Of a stretch of DNA of 64,000 nucleotides, positions 55,735 through 64,000 are shown piece after piece. A program made the translations under genes and the position numbers. The notes beneath the pieces were generated by a model. That model was not told the DNA's origin, made no database searches, and was given only the letters and a program-made list of their open reading frames with translations. Numbering within the stretch: position 1 is the stretch's first letter; every line of letters starts with the position of its first letter. Source of the stretch: an uncultured Dehalococcoidia bacterium (GTDB lineage: Bacteria; Chloroflexota; Dehalococcoidia; Lucifugimonadales; UBA3495); the NCBI GenBank assembly GCA_964463525.1, contig CAYXDE010000009.1, positions 10,297-74,296 on the forward strand, given 5' to 3'.

Positions 55735-56724
55735 TTAAAGCTTCTGGTAGATCTGGACCCGGTGGCGGTAGCAGTCGGCCACAAAGACTTTGCCGTCATC
55801 ATCCACATGGACCGAAACCGGCCGGTAGAAGCGTTCTTTGATCTCTATGTTCTGGACTGCCAACGCCAGCTTGTGTTCGATCTCTGGGTTGGCGTCCAAG
55901 AACGTTCGGCCCCACTTGGACATGCCGCTGTGGCCGATGAGGATGTCTTTGAAAGCGCCGGCTTGGTCAAAGACCTGCACGCGGTCGTTCATCCAATCGC
56001 AGACGTAGATGTCGCCGTCGGAATCCACCGCGATGCCGTTGGGCCGGTTGAACTGCCCTTCTCCGTCTCCGGAGCCGCCGAAGCCCATCAGGAAGTTTCC
56101 GCCGGCGTCGAACTTCTGCACCCGGTCGTTGCGCCAGTCGGTGATGTATACGCTGCCGGCGCCGTCGATGGCGATTCCCCAGGGCATGTTGAGCTGGCCT
56201 TCACCGTCTCCTAACTCGCCCCACTGGGATATGGACTCACCATCTGGGCTAAGTACCTGCACCCGGTGGTTCAGGGTGTCCACCACGTACAGGCTTCCGT
56301 CGGGAGCGAACGCCAATCCTGAGGGACGATCGAACTGACCCGTGCCGCTGCCCTGTTCTCCGAAACAACGGCTGAAGCTGTTGTCCGTCCCAAATACGGT
56401 GATCCGGTGGGTGTTCTCATCGGCTAGGTAAAGTTCGCCCTGAGGGCTGAAGGCGATGCTTGTGACCCAGATGAACTGGCCTGGTTCCTCACCCCATTCA
56501 CCGAAGTGTTCTATGAAATCACCGTCCTTGGTGCAGCGGGTGATGCGTACGGCTTCGGGCTGGTTGGGGTTGGCCCGGTTCGCGACCCAGAGATTGCCAT
56601 CAGGCCCGGTCACGACCGACACCGGCCCGCTGAAACCGGGGCCGGCGGCGGACAGCAGTCCAATCACACCGTGGTAGCGGAAGTGTCTGTGCAGAGAGAC
56701 GGGCAGTTCGGTCTCGGTGGTCAT
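55735..56724 (-). CDS. NHL-repeat beta-propeller protein
   Basis: Repeated blades (GNLWVANR, ELYLADENTHRITVF, SLYVVDTLNHRVQVL, SVYITDWRNDRVQKF, DIYVCDWMNDRVQVF, KVFVADCYRHRVQIY). The start is uncertain. I chose ATG 56724 because the track start at 56835 reaches to within 2 nt of a repeat element. Confidence 0.72.
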   Translation of the reverse strand: MTTETELPVSLHRHFRYHGVIGLLSAAGPGFSGPVSVVTGPDGNLWVANRANPNQPEAVRITRCTKDGDFIEHFGEWGEEPGQFIWVTSIAFSPQGELYLADENTHRITVFGTDNSFSRCFGEQGSGTGQFDRPSGLAFAPDGSLYVVDTLNHRVQVLSPDGESISQWGELGDGEGQLNMPWGIAIDGAGSVYITDWRNDRVQKFDAGGNFLMGFGGSGDGEGQFNRPNGIAVDSDGDIYVCDWMNDRVQVFDQAGAFKDILIGHSGMSKWGRTFLDANPEIEHKLALAVQNIEIKERFYRPVSVHVDDDGKVFVADCYRHRVQIYQKL

Positions 56725-56836
56725 AAATATCCCTGGCTCAAGCCACTCCCAGTATTTCCTATCGATATCTGTGTCACCAGTCGTTCGTGGTTCCTTCCGC
56801 GGAGGGACGTCGAACCATGGACGCGCCGCAGCCAAG

Positions 56837-56864
56837 GCCCTTCGACAGGCTCAGGACGAACGGA
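56837..56864. repeat. single unit of the CCGTTCGT...GTCGAA repeat family
   Basis: GGCCCTTCGACAGGCTCAGGACGAACGG. It differs by only a few positions from 27165-27192. Confidence 0.55.
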
Positions 56865-56894
56865 TGACCGCGAACGTCATTTCGGTAATGATCG

Positions 56895-58340
56895 CTAGGC
56901 GAATTGGTACTCGCGGCTGGAGCCGATCATCTTCATGGTGTGCAAGACGGTCTTCTCCGCGGCCTGCCGGTCCTCGGGGCTGCCGGCCATCATTCCGCTG
57001 CGTTGTTCCAGCATGGACCGGATCTCGCCTGCGAGATGGTCTTTGTTCTTGTCATGCAGCCGCACGTGCCCCAGCAGTTCCAGGCAGCCGTCGATGACGG
57101 TGACCGGGTCAAGTTCAACGGTCCGGTCCAAAAGTGTGTCGACCATGGCGCGGACACCCGGTTGTTGGATGTCGCTGACCTGGTCGGCCACGAAGTTCAC
57201 TCGTTCAACCAGGCTTCCGCTGTCGATCCATTCCTCGCCGGTGTGCCAGCCTTCCACGGACGGCGGGTTCAGCAAATCTTGGCCCATGTAGCGGCAGCCC
57301 AGGGCCACCTCGAATATTCCGCGCTTGGGGAATTTGAAATCTCCCAACAGGTGCAGGGTGCCCACCACCACTTCGGCGGGGCTCTTCACCTTGGCGAACC
57401 GGGCTTGGTCCGACTTAAAGAAGTCCGACTTGAACAAGACGTTCAGCATGGACCGGATGTCGTAGCCCGACCGGAAATATTCATCTTCTAGAATCTTGAT
57501 AGCTTCGGGATCGCCGGGCGGGGTGTGCTGCCAGGCAGGCACCTGGGGCTCGTCGGCCACGAAGAAGTTGTATAGGTGGCGAGATAGGAACCGTGCGGTG
57601 GCCGGCTGTTGGACGACGATGTCTATGATGTCTTCGCCGTTGAAGTTGCCGGTTTGGCCCATGAACGTCTTTTCGTCTTCGTCGTGGTCTTCCGGATCAT
57701 AGCGGAAGAGCCACGGCGTCTTGCCAAAGGGGATCGATGCCACGTTGTCGTCGTCGATGGTCCAGCCGGTGAATGCCCGGGCGGCGTTCTTGACGTCCTC
57801 TTCCGAGTAATTCTCCTGGCCGTCCATGCCCACGCCCATGGAGAACAGCTCCAGGAGCTCCCGTCCCCAGTTCTCGTTGGGGGCGTCTTTGTGGTTGAAG
57901 TTGTTGTCCAGCCAGAAGATCATCGCCGGGTCCTTGGCCAGGTGCACCAGCAGTTCCCGGAAATTGCCCAAGCCATGCTGCCGGAACAGGTCTATCTGGT
58001 TGAGCATGGTCTTTTCGTGGAGGACCTTGGCCAGGCCGGTTGCGAACACCTGATGCCAGAAGAGGGCGATCTTTTCCTGCAGGGGCCGCCCTCCGGCGTA
58101 GGCGTTCATGCGGTAGACCGACTCGGTGAGCGCGCCCTCGATGTTGCGGCTCTCTTTCCAGTCGATGTAGTACCGCTCGAGCACGTCTTCTTCGATGGGC
58201 GGTTGCTGCTCGGGGTGGAGCAGTTCTTCCACGGCCGATTCATAGCCTATCTGGCTGTAGCGGTCCAGCTCCTGGAATGTGGCCCCGAACCCGGCCCGGC
58301 GCAGCAGGTGCGCCAACAGGGGTTTGTCAGTCCCTGGCAT
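56895..58340 (-). CDS. DUF1800 domain-containing protein
   Basis: ATG 58340 (MPGTDKPLLAHLLRRAGFGAT...) with AGGAG upstream. LLRRAGFG is the family's hallmark N-terminus. Confidence 0.8.
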   Translation of the reverse strand: MPGTDKPLLAHLLRRAGFGATFQELDRYSQIGYESAVEELLHPEQQPPIEEDVLERYYIDWKESRNIEGALTESVYRMNAYAGGRPLQEKIALFWHQVFATGLAKVLHEKTMLNQIDLFRQHGLGNFRELLVHLAKDPAMIFWLDNNFNHKDAPNENWGRELLELFSMGVGMDGQENYSEEDVKNAARAFTGWTIDDDNVASIPFGKTPWLFRYDPEDHDEDEKTFMGQTGNFNGEDIIDIVVQQPATARFLSRHLYNFFVADEPQVPAWQHTPPGDPEAIKILEDEYFRSGYDIRSMLNVLFKSDFFKSDQARFAKVKSPAEVVVGTLHLLGDFKFPKRGIFEVALGCRYMGQDLLNPPSVEGWHTGEEWIDSGSLVERVNFVADQVSDIQQPGVRAMVDTLLDRTVELDPVTVIDGCLELLGHVRLHDKNKDHLAGEIRSMLEQRSGMMAGSPEDRQAAEKTVLHTMKMIGSSREYQFA

Positions 58341-58360
58341 CTCTCTAGTCTCCTGCCTGA

Positions 58361-59488
58361 CTAAACGAAGTCCAGTTGCTCGAAGTTTCCGCCGACTATG
58401 GGGTTGGCGTCCAGGCCCAGCCATCTCTCGGCGACAGTGCCGTAGACGCCCCGGAAGTCGATGTTGTACTTCAGGTCGCCTTCCTCCAAGTCTTCCTCGC
58501 GCATGGAGGGGAACTCGCTGTAGATGCCGCCCTTAACCGGGTCGCCGATGGCCATGGCCAGTCCGCCGGCGCCGTGGTCGGTGCCGGAGCCGTTGTCCTT
58601 GACCCGCCGCCCGAACTCGGTGAACAGGTAGATCAGCACGTTATCCGAGGCATCGTGCTCCCTGAGGTCGGCATAGAAATCGTCGATGGCCTGGGACAGA
58701 TGCTCCAGCAGGACGCCGTGCACCGGGCCCTGATTGGCGTGGGTGTCGTATCCGGGCTGCTGGGTGTAGAAGACGCGGGTGCCCAAGTCGGCAGTCAGCA
58801 CCTTGGCGATACCCTGCAGGTTCCTTCCGATGACCGAGTCGGCGTACTCCACGTTTGACTGGTACTGGGCCGGCACGGTCTTCAGAATATCAGCCCCCTT
58901 CAGGGCGTCCAGGCCGGTGGAGCCCAGGTAGTCCATCACATGGCCGGTGCCGGTGATGGGTGAGTACATGCGGGAAAATAGGTCTAGGGCTTGAGTGCGC
59001 TCCCGTTCTTCAGAGATTCCGGTGAGAACTCCATAGGTCTCCAGCACCGCCACCGAGGCCACTGGGACGCCGGTTAGCGCCATCGCCCTGGGCAGCCCGC
59101 GCCCGAAGTTGACTCCGGTAAGCACGTTCTCGGCTTTGGGGTCTAGGTCGCGGATGGCCCGGCCCAGCCAGCCTTCGGTTCCGACTTTTTCCGGCTCGCA
59201 GGTGTGCCAGATGTCCATGGAACGGAAGTGGGAGCGGTTGGGGCCGGGGTAGCCGATGCCGTTGATGATGGCCACCTTGCCCTGGTCGTAGAGGTTTTTC
59301 ACAGCCGTGAGGGCTGGATTGAACGCCAGCTCATCGTTGATGGGCAGTACTTCGTCCTGGGCGACGCCGACGGTCTTGCGGCTGTCGTAATACAGCGGGT
59401 CTTGGTACGGGATGACCGTGTTGATGTAGTCGTTGCCGCCGGTCAACTGGACCACGACCAAGATCGGGTCTTTGTTAGTGGAGGTCAA
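58361..59488 (-). CDS. DUF1501 domain-containing protein (sulfatase/phosphatase-like fold)
   Basis: 375 aa. LTGGNDYINTVIPY, GYDTHANQ and TEFGRR...GTDHG are typical DUF1501 motifs. No Tat or Sec signal visible. Confidence 0.85.
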   Translation of the reverse strand: MTSTNKDPILVVVQLTGGNDYINTVIPYQDPLYYDSRKTVGVAQDEVLPINDELAFNPALTAVKNLYDQGKVAIINGIGYPGPNRSHFRSMDIWHTCEPEKVGTEGWLGRAIRDLDPKAENVLTGVNFGRGLPRAMALTGVPVASVAVLETYGVLTGISEERERTQALDLFSRMYSPITGTGHVMDYLGSTGLDALKGADILKTVPAQYQSNVEYADSVIGRNLQGIAKVLTADLGTRVFYTQQPGYDTHANQGPVHGVLLEHLSQAIDDFYADLREHDASDNVLIYLFTEFGRRVKDNGSGTDHGAGGLAMAIGDPVKGGIYSEFPSMREEDLEEGDLKYNIDFRGVYGTVAERWLGLDANPIVGGNFEQLDFV

Positions 59489-59626
59489 GCTGCTGTCTCC
59501 TGCCTGGCTATTGGCTACATGACTGCGACTGGAAAGCTGAATTGATTCTAACAGGCTCGAGGGGCCACGTCAGCGGTAATTCCGGGCTAACTCTGTTTGT
59601 ACTTGTGAAACGGTTTGTGCCTACGT

Positions 59627-59659
59627 AAAGAAAAAGCCCATCATTTGAGTGACGGGCTT
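59627..59659 (-). terminator. rho-independent terminator after the ABM gene
   Basis: The minus strand reads AAGCCCGTCA-CTCAAA-TGATGGGCTT followed by TTTTCTTT. Confidence 0.65.
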
Positions 59660-59696
59660 CTGTACCGAAGGTTAAAGGGGAGGGCGGTCTACCCGG

Positions 59697-59990
59697 TTAG
59701 ACCCCAACGTTATCGAAGTGGCGAGTGGTCGGCGGCCCGGCCAGCCAGCCCCCCAATTTAGCCATGTCGCCCCGCTCGGTGCGCCATCCCAGGTATTTCT
59801 CGTATTGTTCCTTCGAGTCCCAGTCCTGAACCAACACTAGATTGTCTGGGTCGTCCTGGTTCTCGTGGATCGTGATCGAGTTGCAGCCGTCAAAACCACG
59901 AGTGTGGACCAGTTCATCTCTCAGAAAATTCTTAAAGTCATTTGTGTTAGCCGGATTGGTGTTACAGTCAAGGATCACGAGTACGGACAT
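59697..59990 (-). CDS. antibiotic-biosynthesis-monooxygenase (ABM)-like small protein
   Basis: 97 aa with the ferredoxin-like pattern (..FLRDEL..TRGFDGC.SITIHENQDDPDNLVLVQDWDSKEQYEKYL.WR) of the ABM/Dabb fold. Confidence 0.65.
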   Translation of the reverse strand: MSVLVILDCNTNPANTNDFKNFLRDELVHTRGFDGCNSITIHENQDDPDNLVLVQDWDSKEQYEKYLGWRTERGDMAKLGGWLAGPPTTRHFDNVGV

Positions 59991-60102
59991 TGTTGGGGTA
60001 CCTCCATGGTTTAGGTCAATTCCATCTCAGCTAGATGGCTGACGGAATGGCGTGAATAATATGATAACCCTCTGACTTCGTCAATCGTCATCCCGTGCAG
60101 TC

Positions 60103-62139
60103 TTATTCCTCCAACTGCGCGGCCAGTTCATCGGGGGTGGTCACTGGCAGTTGGCAGGCGTAGTTCTGGCAGACGTAGGCGGCGGGTTTGCCGTCGATCA
60201 TGCCGCGGGACTCCAACAACGGCAGGCCGTGTTCACCCTCTCCGTCGGCTCCGACCAAGACCTTATTGGGGTGGAACTTTCCGTTGACCGTTTGAAGCAG
60301 GGCAGCGGTGCCGGCATCGTCATGGGGGCCGATGATCACCACTTCTTTGGGAGTGGACACATAGAAGTCCAGAGCTGCCAGCCAATGACCGGTGCCGGCC
60401 GGCGCCCGCCCCATCAATTCCTTGAGCGTCCGCAGCGGGGTTGCAGCCTTCACCCGGTAGTCTTCGTTGCCGGTGATCACAGCCAGCTTGAGGAGCACGT
60501 CCGTGGCCACCGAGCCGCCGCACGGCTGAGCGTTGTCCAAGACGTCTCTGGGCCTGACCACCAGTTGGTCATGCTCGGCGCTGGTGTCGTAGAAGCCGCC
60601 GACGCCATCGTCCCAGAACAGTCCGATCATGCGCTCGGCCAGGTCTATCGACGCTGTCAGCCATTGCCGGTCGAACGTCGCTTCATACAGGGCCAGAAGT
60701 CCGTCGGCCACGAAAGAGTAGTCTTCCAGAAAGCCCGGCAGCTTTGCTTGGCCGGCGCGGTACGTCCGCAATAATCGTCCCTCCGGCCGCATGGTCTCCA
60801 GGAGAAAACCGGCGTTCTTGATGGCGGCGTCTAGGTAATCCTGACGCTGAAGGGCTGCTCCGGCTTCAGCGAAACTCCGGAGCATCATTCCGTTCCAAGA
60901 AGCCAGGACCTTGTCATCCAGCAACGGATGAATACGCTTCTCCCGCTCTGCCAACAACGCCTTCTTGCCGCGCTGGACAACGTCCACCAGCCGGTCCAGG
61001 GGAATCCCGTGTGTTTGGGCATACTCCGATGCCTTTTGCGTGATGTTCAGGATATTCTTGCCTTCGAAATTGCCCGCCTCGGTAACTCCGAAGAACCCCC
61101 TGAAGATGTCCGCTTCGGCGCCCAATATGGTCCTGATCTCGGCCGGGGTCCAGACGAAGAACTTGCCCTCTTCGCCTTCGCTGTCGGCGTCGGTGGCGGA
61201 ATAGAAGCCACCCTCGGGGCCGGTCATCTCCCGCAGGATATAGTCGAGGGTCTCCTCGGCGATGCGGCGGTACATACCGCGCCCGGTGGCCTGGTGGGCA
61301 TGCAGGTAGAGCCGGGACAGCAGGGCATTGTCGTAGAGCATCTTTTCAAAGTGGGGCACCAGCCAGTAGGCGTCGGTGGAGTAGCGCGCGAAACCGCCGG
61401 CGATCTGGTCGTAGATGCCGCCCCGGGCCATCTTCTCCAGGGTCAGGTCTACCATCTCCAGGGCCCGGTCGTTGTAGCCGTGGCGGTAGTAGCGGAGCAG
61501 CACCTCCAGGTTCATAGCTTGGGGAAACTTGGGCGCGGTGCCGGTGCCGCCATTCAGGTAGTCGAAATTGGTGGCCAGAACGGTGTAAGCCTGGTGCAGC
61601 GTCTCCACGGTTAAGGGCGAAACGCCCTTGGGCATCTGGCCGGTGCGGCCCATCTGCTCGGTTATCTGGTCCGTCACCCGGTCGATCTCGCTTCTGCTGT
61701 CGTGGTAGGAGCGGGCCACCGATTGCAGCAACCGGGGAAAACCAGGCATGTTGAACCGGTCCACCGGCGGGAAATAGGTGCCGCCGTAGAAGGGTTTTCC
61801 TTCTGGGGTGAGGAACACAGTCATGGGCCAACCGCCGCTGCCGGTGAGCATCTGCACCGCCTCCATGTAGACGGCGTCCAGGTCAGGCCGTTCCTCCCGG
61901 TCTACCTTGATGCTGATGAAATGCTCGTTCATCAGTATGGCGGTGGCCTCGTCCTCAAACGATTCACGTTCCATGACGTGGCACCAATGGCAGGCCGAAT
62001 AGCCGATGCTGAGCAGGATGGGTTTGTCCTCATCCTTGGACCTTTGCAGCGCCTCCTCGCCCCACGGATACCAGTCCACGGGGTTATTGGCGTGCTGCAA
62101 GAGGTAAGGGCTGGTCTCGTTGGCCAGTCGGTTGGGCAT
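60103..62139 (-). CDS. thioredoxin-domain protein of the DUF255 / YyaL family (N-terminal Trx-like plus (alpha/alpha)6 barrel)
   Basis: 678 aa. [29 protein letters not shown] and [12 protein letters not shown] are the family hallmark. Confidence 0.9.
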   Translation of the reverse strand: MPNRLANETSPYLLQHANNPVDWYPWGEEALQRSKDEDKPILLSIGYSACHWCHVMERESFEDEATAILMNEHFISIKVDREERPDLDAVYMEAVQMLTGSGGWPMTVFLTPEGKPFYGGTYFPPVDRFNMPGFPRLLQSVARSYHDSRSEIDRVTDQITEQMGRTGQMPKGVSPLTVETLHQAYTVLATNFDYLNGGTGTAPKFPQAMNLEVLLRYYRHGYNDRALEMVDLTLEKMARGGIYDQIAGGFARYSTDAYWLVPHFEKMLYDNALLSRLYLHAHQATGRGMYRRIAEETLDYILREMTGPEGGFYSATDADSEGEEGKFFVWTPAEIRTILGAEADIFRGFFGVTEAGNFEGKNILNITQKASEYAQTHGIPLDRLVDVVQRGKKALLAEREKRIHPLLDDKVLASWNGMMLRSFAEAGAALQRQDYLDAAIKNAGFLLETMRPEGRLLRTYRAGQAKLPGFLEDYSFVADGLLALYEATFDRQWLTASIDLAERMIGLFWDDGVGGFYDTSAEHDQLVVRPRDVLDNAQPCGGSVATDVLLKLAVITGNEDYRVKAATPLRTLKELMGRAPAGTGHWLAALDFYVSTPKEVVIIGPHDDAGTAALLQTVNGKFHPNKVLVGADGEGEHGLPLLESRGMIDGKPAAYVCQNYACQLPVTTPDELAAQLEE

Positions 62140-62292
62140 GATGCACCTATATAAAAACCCGCCGAGGCCGAGAGTATGGCGGGGAGATTTCTGTCGCGTA
62201 TTGTCAGATAAATAGCCGGAGAATGCCAGGGTCTCTGGTGGGTATACTAGACTTGGGAATATCTCAACGATCAGGTTACCGGAGTGAATCAG

Positions 62293-63279
62293 ATGGCTGG
62301 ACCGAAAGTAGTGTGCCTCACGGACTTGGATGCTGAACTAAGGCAGGTTGTGGCCGGCCAAGCCCTGCCGGGCATGGATGTGGTCTCCGAGCCTCTGAAC
62401 AGCACTGAGGGTGAGCAGATAGAGCTGGTCGCGGGTGCGGACTACCTGATAATCTGGCCCGCTCATATCTCTGATGATGTTTTGAAAGCGGCCAAGAAAT
62501 GTAGATTGGTGCAGTGCCTAAGCGCCGGTTACGACAAGATGAACCTGGCTTTGGCTGCCGAGCTGGGTATTCCGGTGGCCAATAACGGCGGCGCAAACAG
62601 TGTGGCGGTGGCCGAGCACACCATGATGCTCATCTTGGCATCGCTGAAGAAGATGGTGGTAAACGCCAACAATGTCAGGGCCGGCGGCTGGCGGGCGAGC
62701 ACCGAGCGGCGCCCTGACGTATTTGAGTTCGAGGGCAAGACCCTGGGCCTGATAGGCATCGGAAACATCGCCAAACGGGTCGCCAAGCGGGCTAGGGCTT
62801 TCGACGTGTCGGTCCAATATTTCGATAAGTTCGCCCAACTCTCAGCGGATGAGCAGAAGGAGTTGGGTGTCAAAGAAGTGGGCTTTGAGGAGTTGCTCCG
62901 CACCTCCGACGTGCTGAGCCTTCACGTTCCGCTGACTCCTGACACACGTAATATGATCAGTGAAGAAGAGTTGGCATTGATGAAGCCAACCGCCCTGATC
63001 ATCAACACGAGCAGAGGCGGAATCATCAACGAAGAAGACCTGGCAGTGGCGCTGAAGACCGGGGTTATAGCGGCCGCCGGTCTGGATGTTTTGGAGCAAG
63101 AGCCCCCACCGGCCGGTCACCCGCTGTTGGAGCTGGACAACGTGATCGTCACGCCCCACAACGCGGGCCCAACGCTGGAATCCATACCCAAACGGGCCGC
63201 CAACGCCTTCGAGAACATCCAGCGGGTGATTGATGGCGAGGCCCCGTTGTGGACGGCCAAGTTCGGGAATGGCGGGTAG
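62293..63279 (+). CDS. D-isomer-specific 2-hydroxyacid dehydrogenase (phosphoglycerate dehydrogenase-like)
   Basis: [16 protein letters not shown] (NAD fold), [13 protein letters not shown] and TPHNAG (catalytic His). ATG 62293 has GGAG 8 nt upstream, whereas the track starts at GTG 62284. Confidence 0.9.
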   Translation: MAGPKVVCLTDLDAELRQVVAGQALPGMDVVSEPLNSTEGEQIELVAGADYLIIWPAHISDDVLKAAKKCRLVQCLSAGYDKMNLALAAELGIPVANNGGANSVAVAEHTMMLILASLKKMVVNANNVRAGGWRASTERRPDVFEFEGKTLGLIGIGNIAKRVAKRARAFDVSVQYFDKFAQLSADEQKELGVKEVGFEELLRTSDVLSLHVPLTPDTRNMISEEELALMKPTALIINTSRGGIINEEDLAVALKTGVIAAAGLDVLEQEPPPAGHPLLELDNVIVTPHNAGPTLESIPKRAANAFENIQRVIDGEAPLWTAKFGNGG

Positions 63280-63285
63280 GGAGGC

Positions 63286-64000
63286 CTACTCCCCAGACCC
63301 CTTGGGAATCTGCGATTCCTCTCCCAGCCGCGAAATGAAATCGTCTAGGGGCATGGCGCCCAGGTCTTCGCCGTCACGGTGGCGTACGGCCACTGCGTCT
63401 GCCTCCTGTTCGCGGTCTCCCACCACCAGCATGTAGGGCACTTTCTGCATCTGGGCGGTGCGGATCTTCTGGTTCATCCGCTCGCCGCGGGTGTCCACCT
63501 CGGTCCGGAATCCAGCCGCTTCCAGCTTCGCCGAGACTGATTCACAGTACTCGATGTGCCGGTCTGCTATGGGGATCAGCACCGCTTGGACCGGCGCCAG
63601 CCACAGCGGGAACGCGCCGCCGTAATGCTCGATGAGCACCCCTAGGAAACGCTCCATGGAGCCCAGGATGGCCCGGTGGACCATGTAGGGCTGGCTGCGG
63701 CCTCCCTCGGCGTCCTGGTAGGTCAGGTCGAAACGCTGGGGCAGGTTGAAGTCGAACTGCACGGTGGTGCATTGCCAGCCGCGGCCCAGGGCGTCGGTGA
63801 TGTTGATGTCGATCTTGGGGCCGTAGAACGCTCCGCCGCCGTCATCGACGGTGAAGGGCAGACCCCGCTTTTCCAGTGCGCCCTGCAACGAAGCAGTGGC
63901 GTGTTCCCACATGTCCAGGTCGCCCACGTACTTCTCGGGGCGGGTGGACAGCGCGATGGAGTACTCTTTGAACCCGAAGGCGTCCAGCAGTTCGAAGGTC
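63286..64000 (-). CDS. thrS: threonine--tRNA ligase, C-terminal part (runs off the window)
   Basis: Class II motif 3 region plus anticodon-binding domain: FYGPKID, QCTTVQFDFNLPQRF, HRAILGSMERF, PLWLAPVQ. The frame stays open to position 64000. Confidence 0.93.
   Translation of the reverse strand, partial: TFELLDAFGFKEYSIALSTRPEKYVGDLDMWEHATASLQGALEKRGLPFTVDDGGGAFYGPKIDINITDALGRGWQCTTVQFDFNLPQRFDLTYQDAEGGRSQPYMVHRAILGSMERFLGVLIEHYGGAFPLWLAPVQAVLIPIADRHIEYCESVSAKLEAAGFRTEVDTRGERMNQKIRTAQMQKVPYMLVVGDREQEADAVAVRHRDGEDLGAMPLDDFISRLGEESQIPKGSGE

Noticed and set aside
1-64000. I looked for CRISPR arrays, transposases/IS elements, integrases, prophage genes, toxin-antitoxin pairs, restriction-modification or other defence modules, rRNA genes, and diversity-generating retroelement-style template/variable repeats.
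   Set aside because: None were found. The only repeats are the short palindromic families and the 3 x 11-bp array reported above. The internal duplication in the 135-aa secreted protein is only about half identical at the nucleotide level, and no reverse transcriptase is nearby.

Overview
This is a dense, GC-rich bacterial chromosome segment that is almost entirely protein-coding. I found no transposase, integrase, phage gene or CRISPR array.

Gene content, in order:
- An orphan sensor kinase.
- An hspR-grpE-dnaK heat-shock operon on the minus strand, with no dnaJ.
- A selD whose N-terminus is only recovered by reading an in-frame TGA as selenocysteine, followed by a sulfite-oxidase-family Mo enzyme.
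- An LLM flavin oxidoreductase, an MFS transporter and a two-component pair.
- A paralog-rich catabolic stretch: 2 SnoaL-like ester cyclases, an NHL/PAL-like propeller, an FMN alpha-hydroxyacid oxidase, a MetX-like hydrolase, a crotonase, an MFS transporter, an Asp/Glu-racemase-like protein and a VOC protein.
- A small surface-protein and pilin cluster beside tRNA-Met(CAT).
- An ACAD-like flavoenzyme.
- moaC, then rnhA-moaA-rdgB and a CoA-transferase.
- An 11-subunit complex I operon, nuoABCDHIJK-(extra small gene)-LMN, with no nuoEFG.
- nadK and a NUDIX hydrolase.
- A non-classical sdhA-sdhB plus HdrB-like (CCG) subunit.
- A second catabolic block: 2 MBL hydrolases, an ACAD-like flavoenzyme, 2 deacetylases and an aminotransferase.
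- mdh, an alpha/beta hydrolase, and NHL/DUF1800/DUF1501 genes.
- An ABM protein, a DUF255 thioredoxin-domain protein, a 2-hydroxyacid dehydrogenase and the 3' part of thrS.

The gene content (tandem paralogs of catabolic enzymes, an EFG-less complex I) is reminiscent of marine Chloroflexota such as SAR202/Dehalococcoidia. That placement is inference only.

I did not find a convincing self-contained novel system (defence, secretion or mobile). The most noteworthy observations are:
1. The Sec-recoded selD with a SECIS-like hairpin.
2. A 78-nt palindromic repeat inserted in frame inside rdgB, with an intergenic sister copy.
3. A second family of intergenic inverted-repeat elements.
4. A tightly coupled DUF2007-like gene inside the nuo operon.
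5. The anchor-less SdhAB plus CCG-subunit enzyme.

Several very long ORFs in the track are antisense or alternate-frame GC artefacts.
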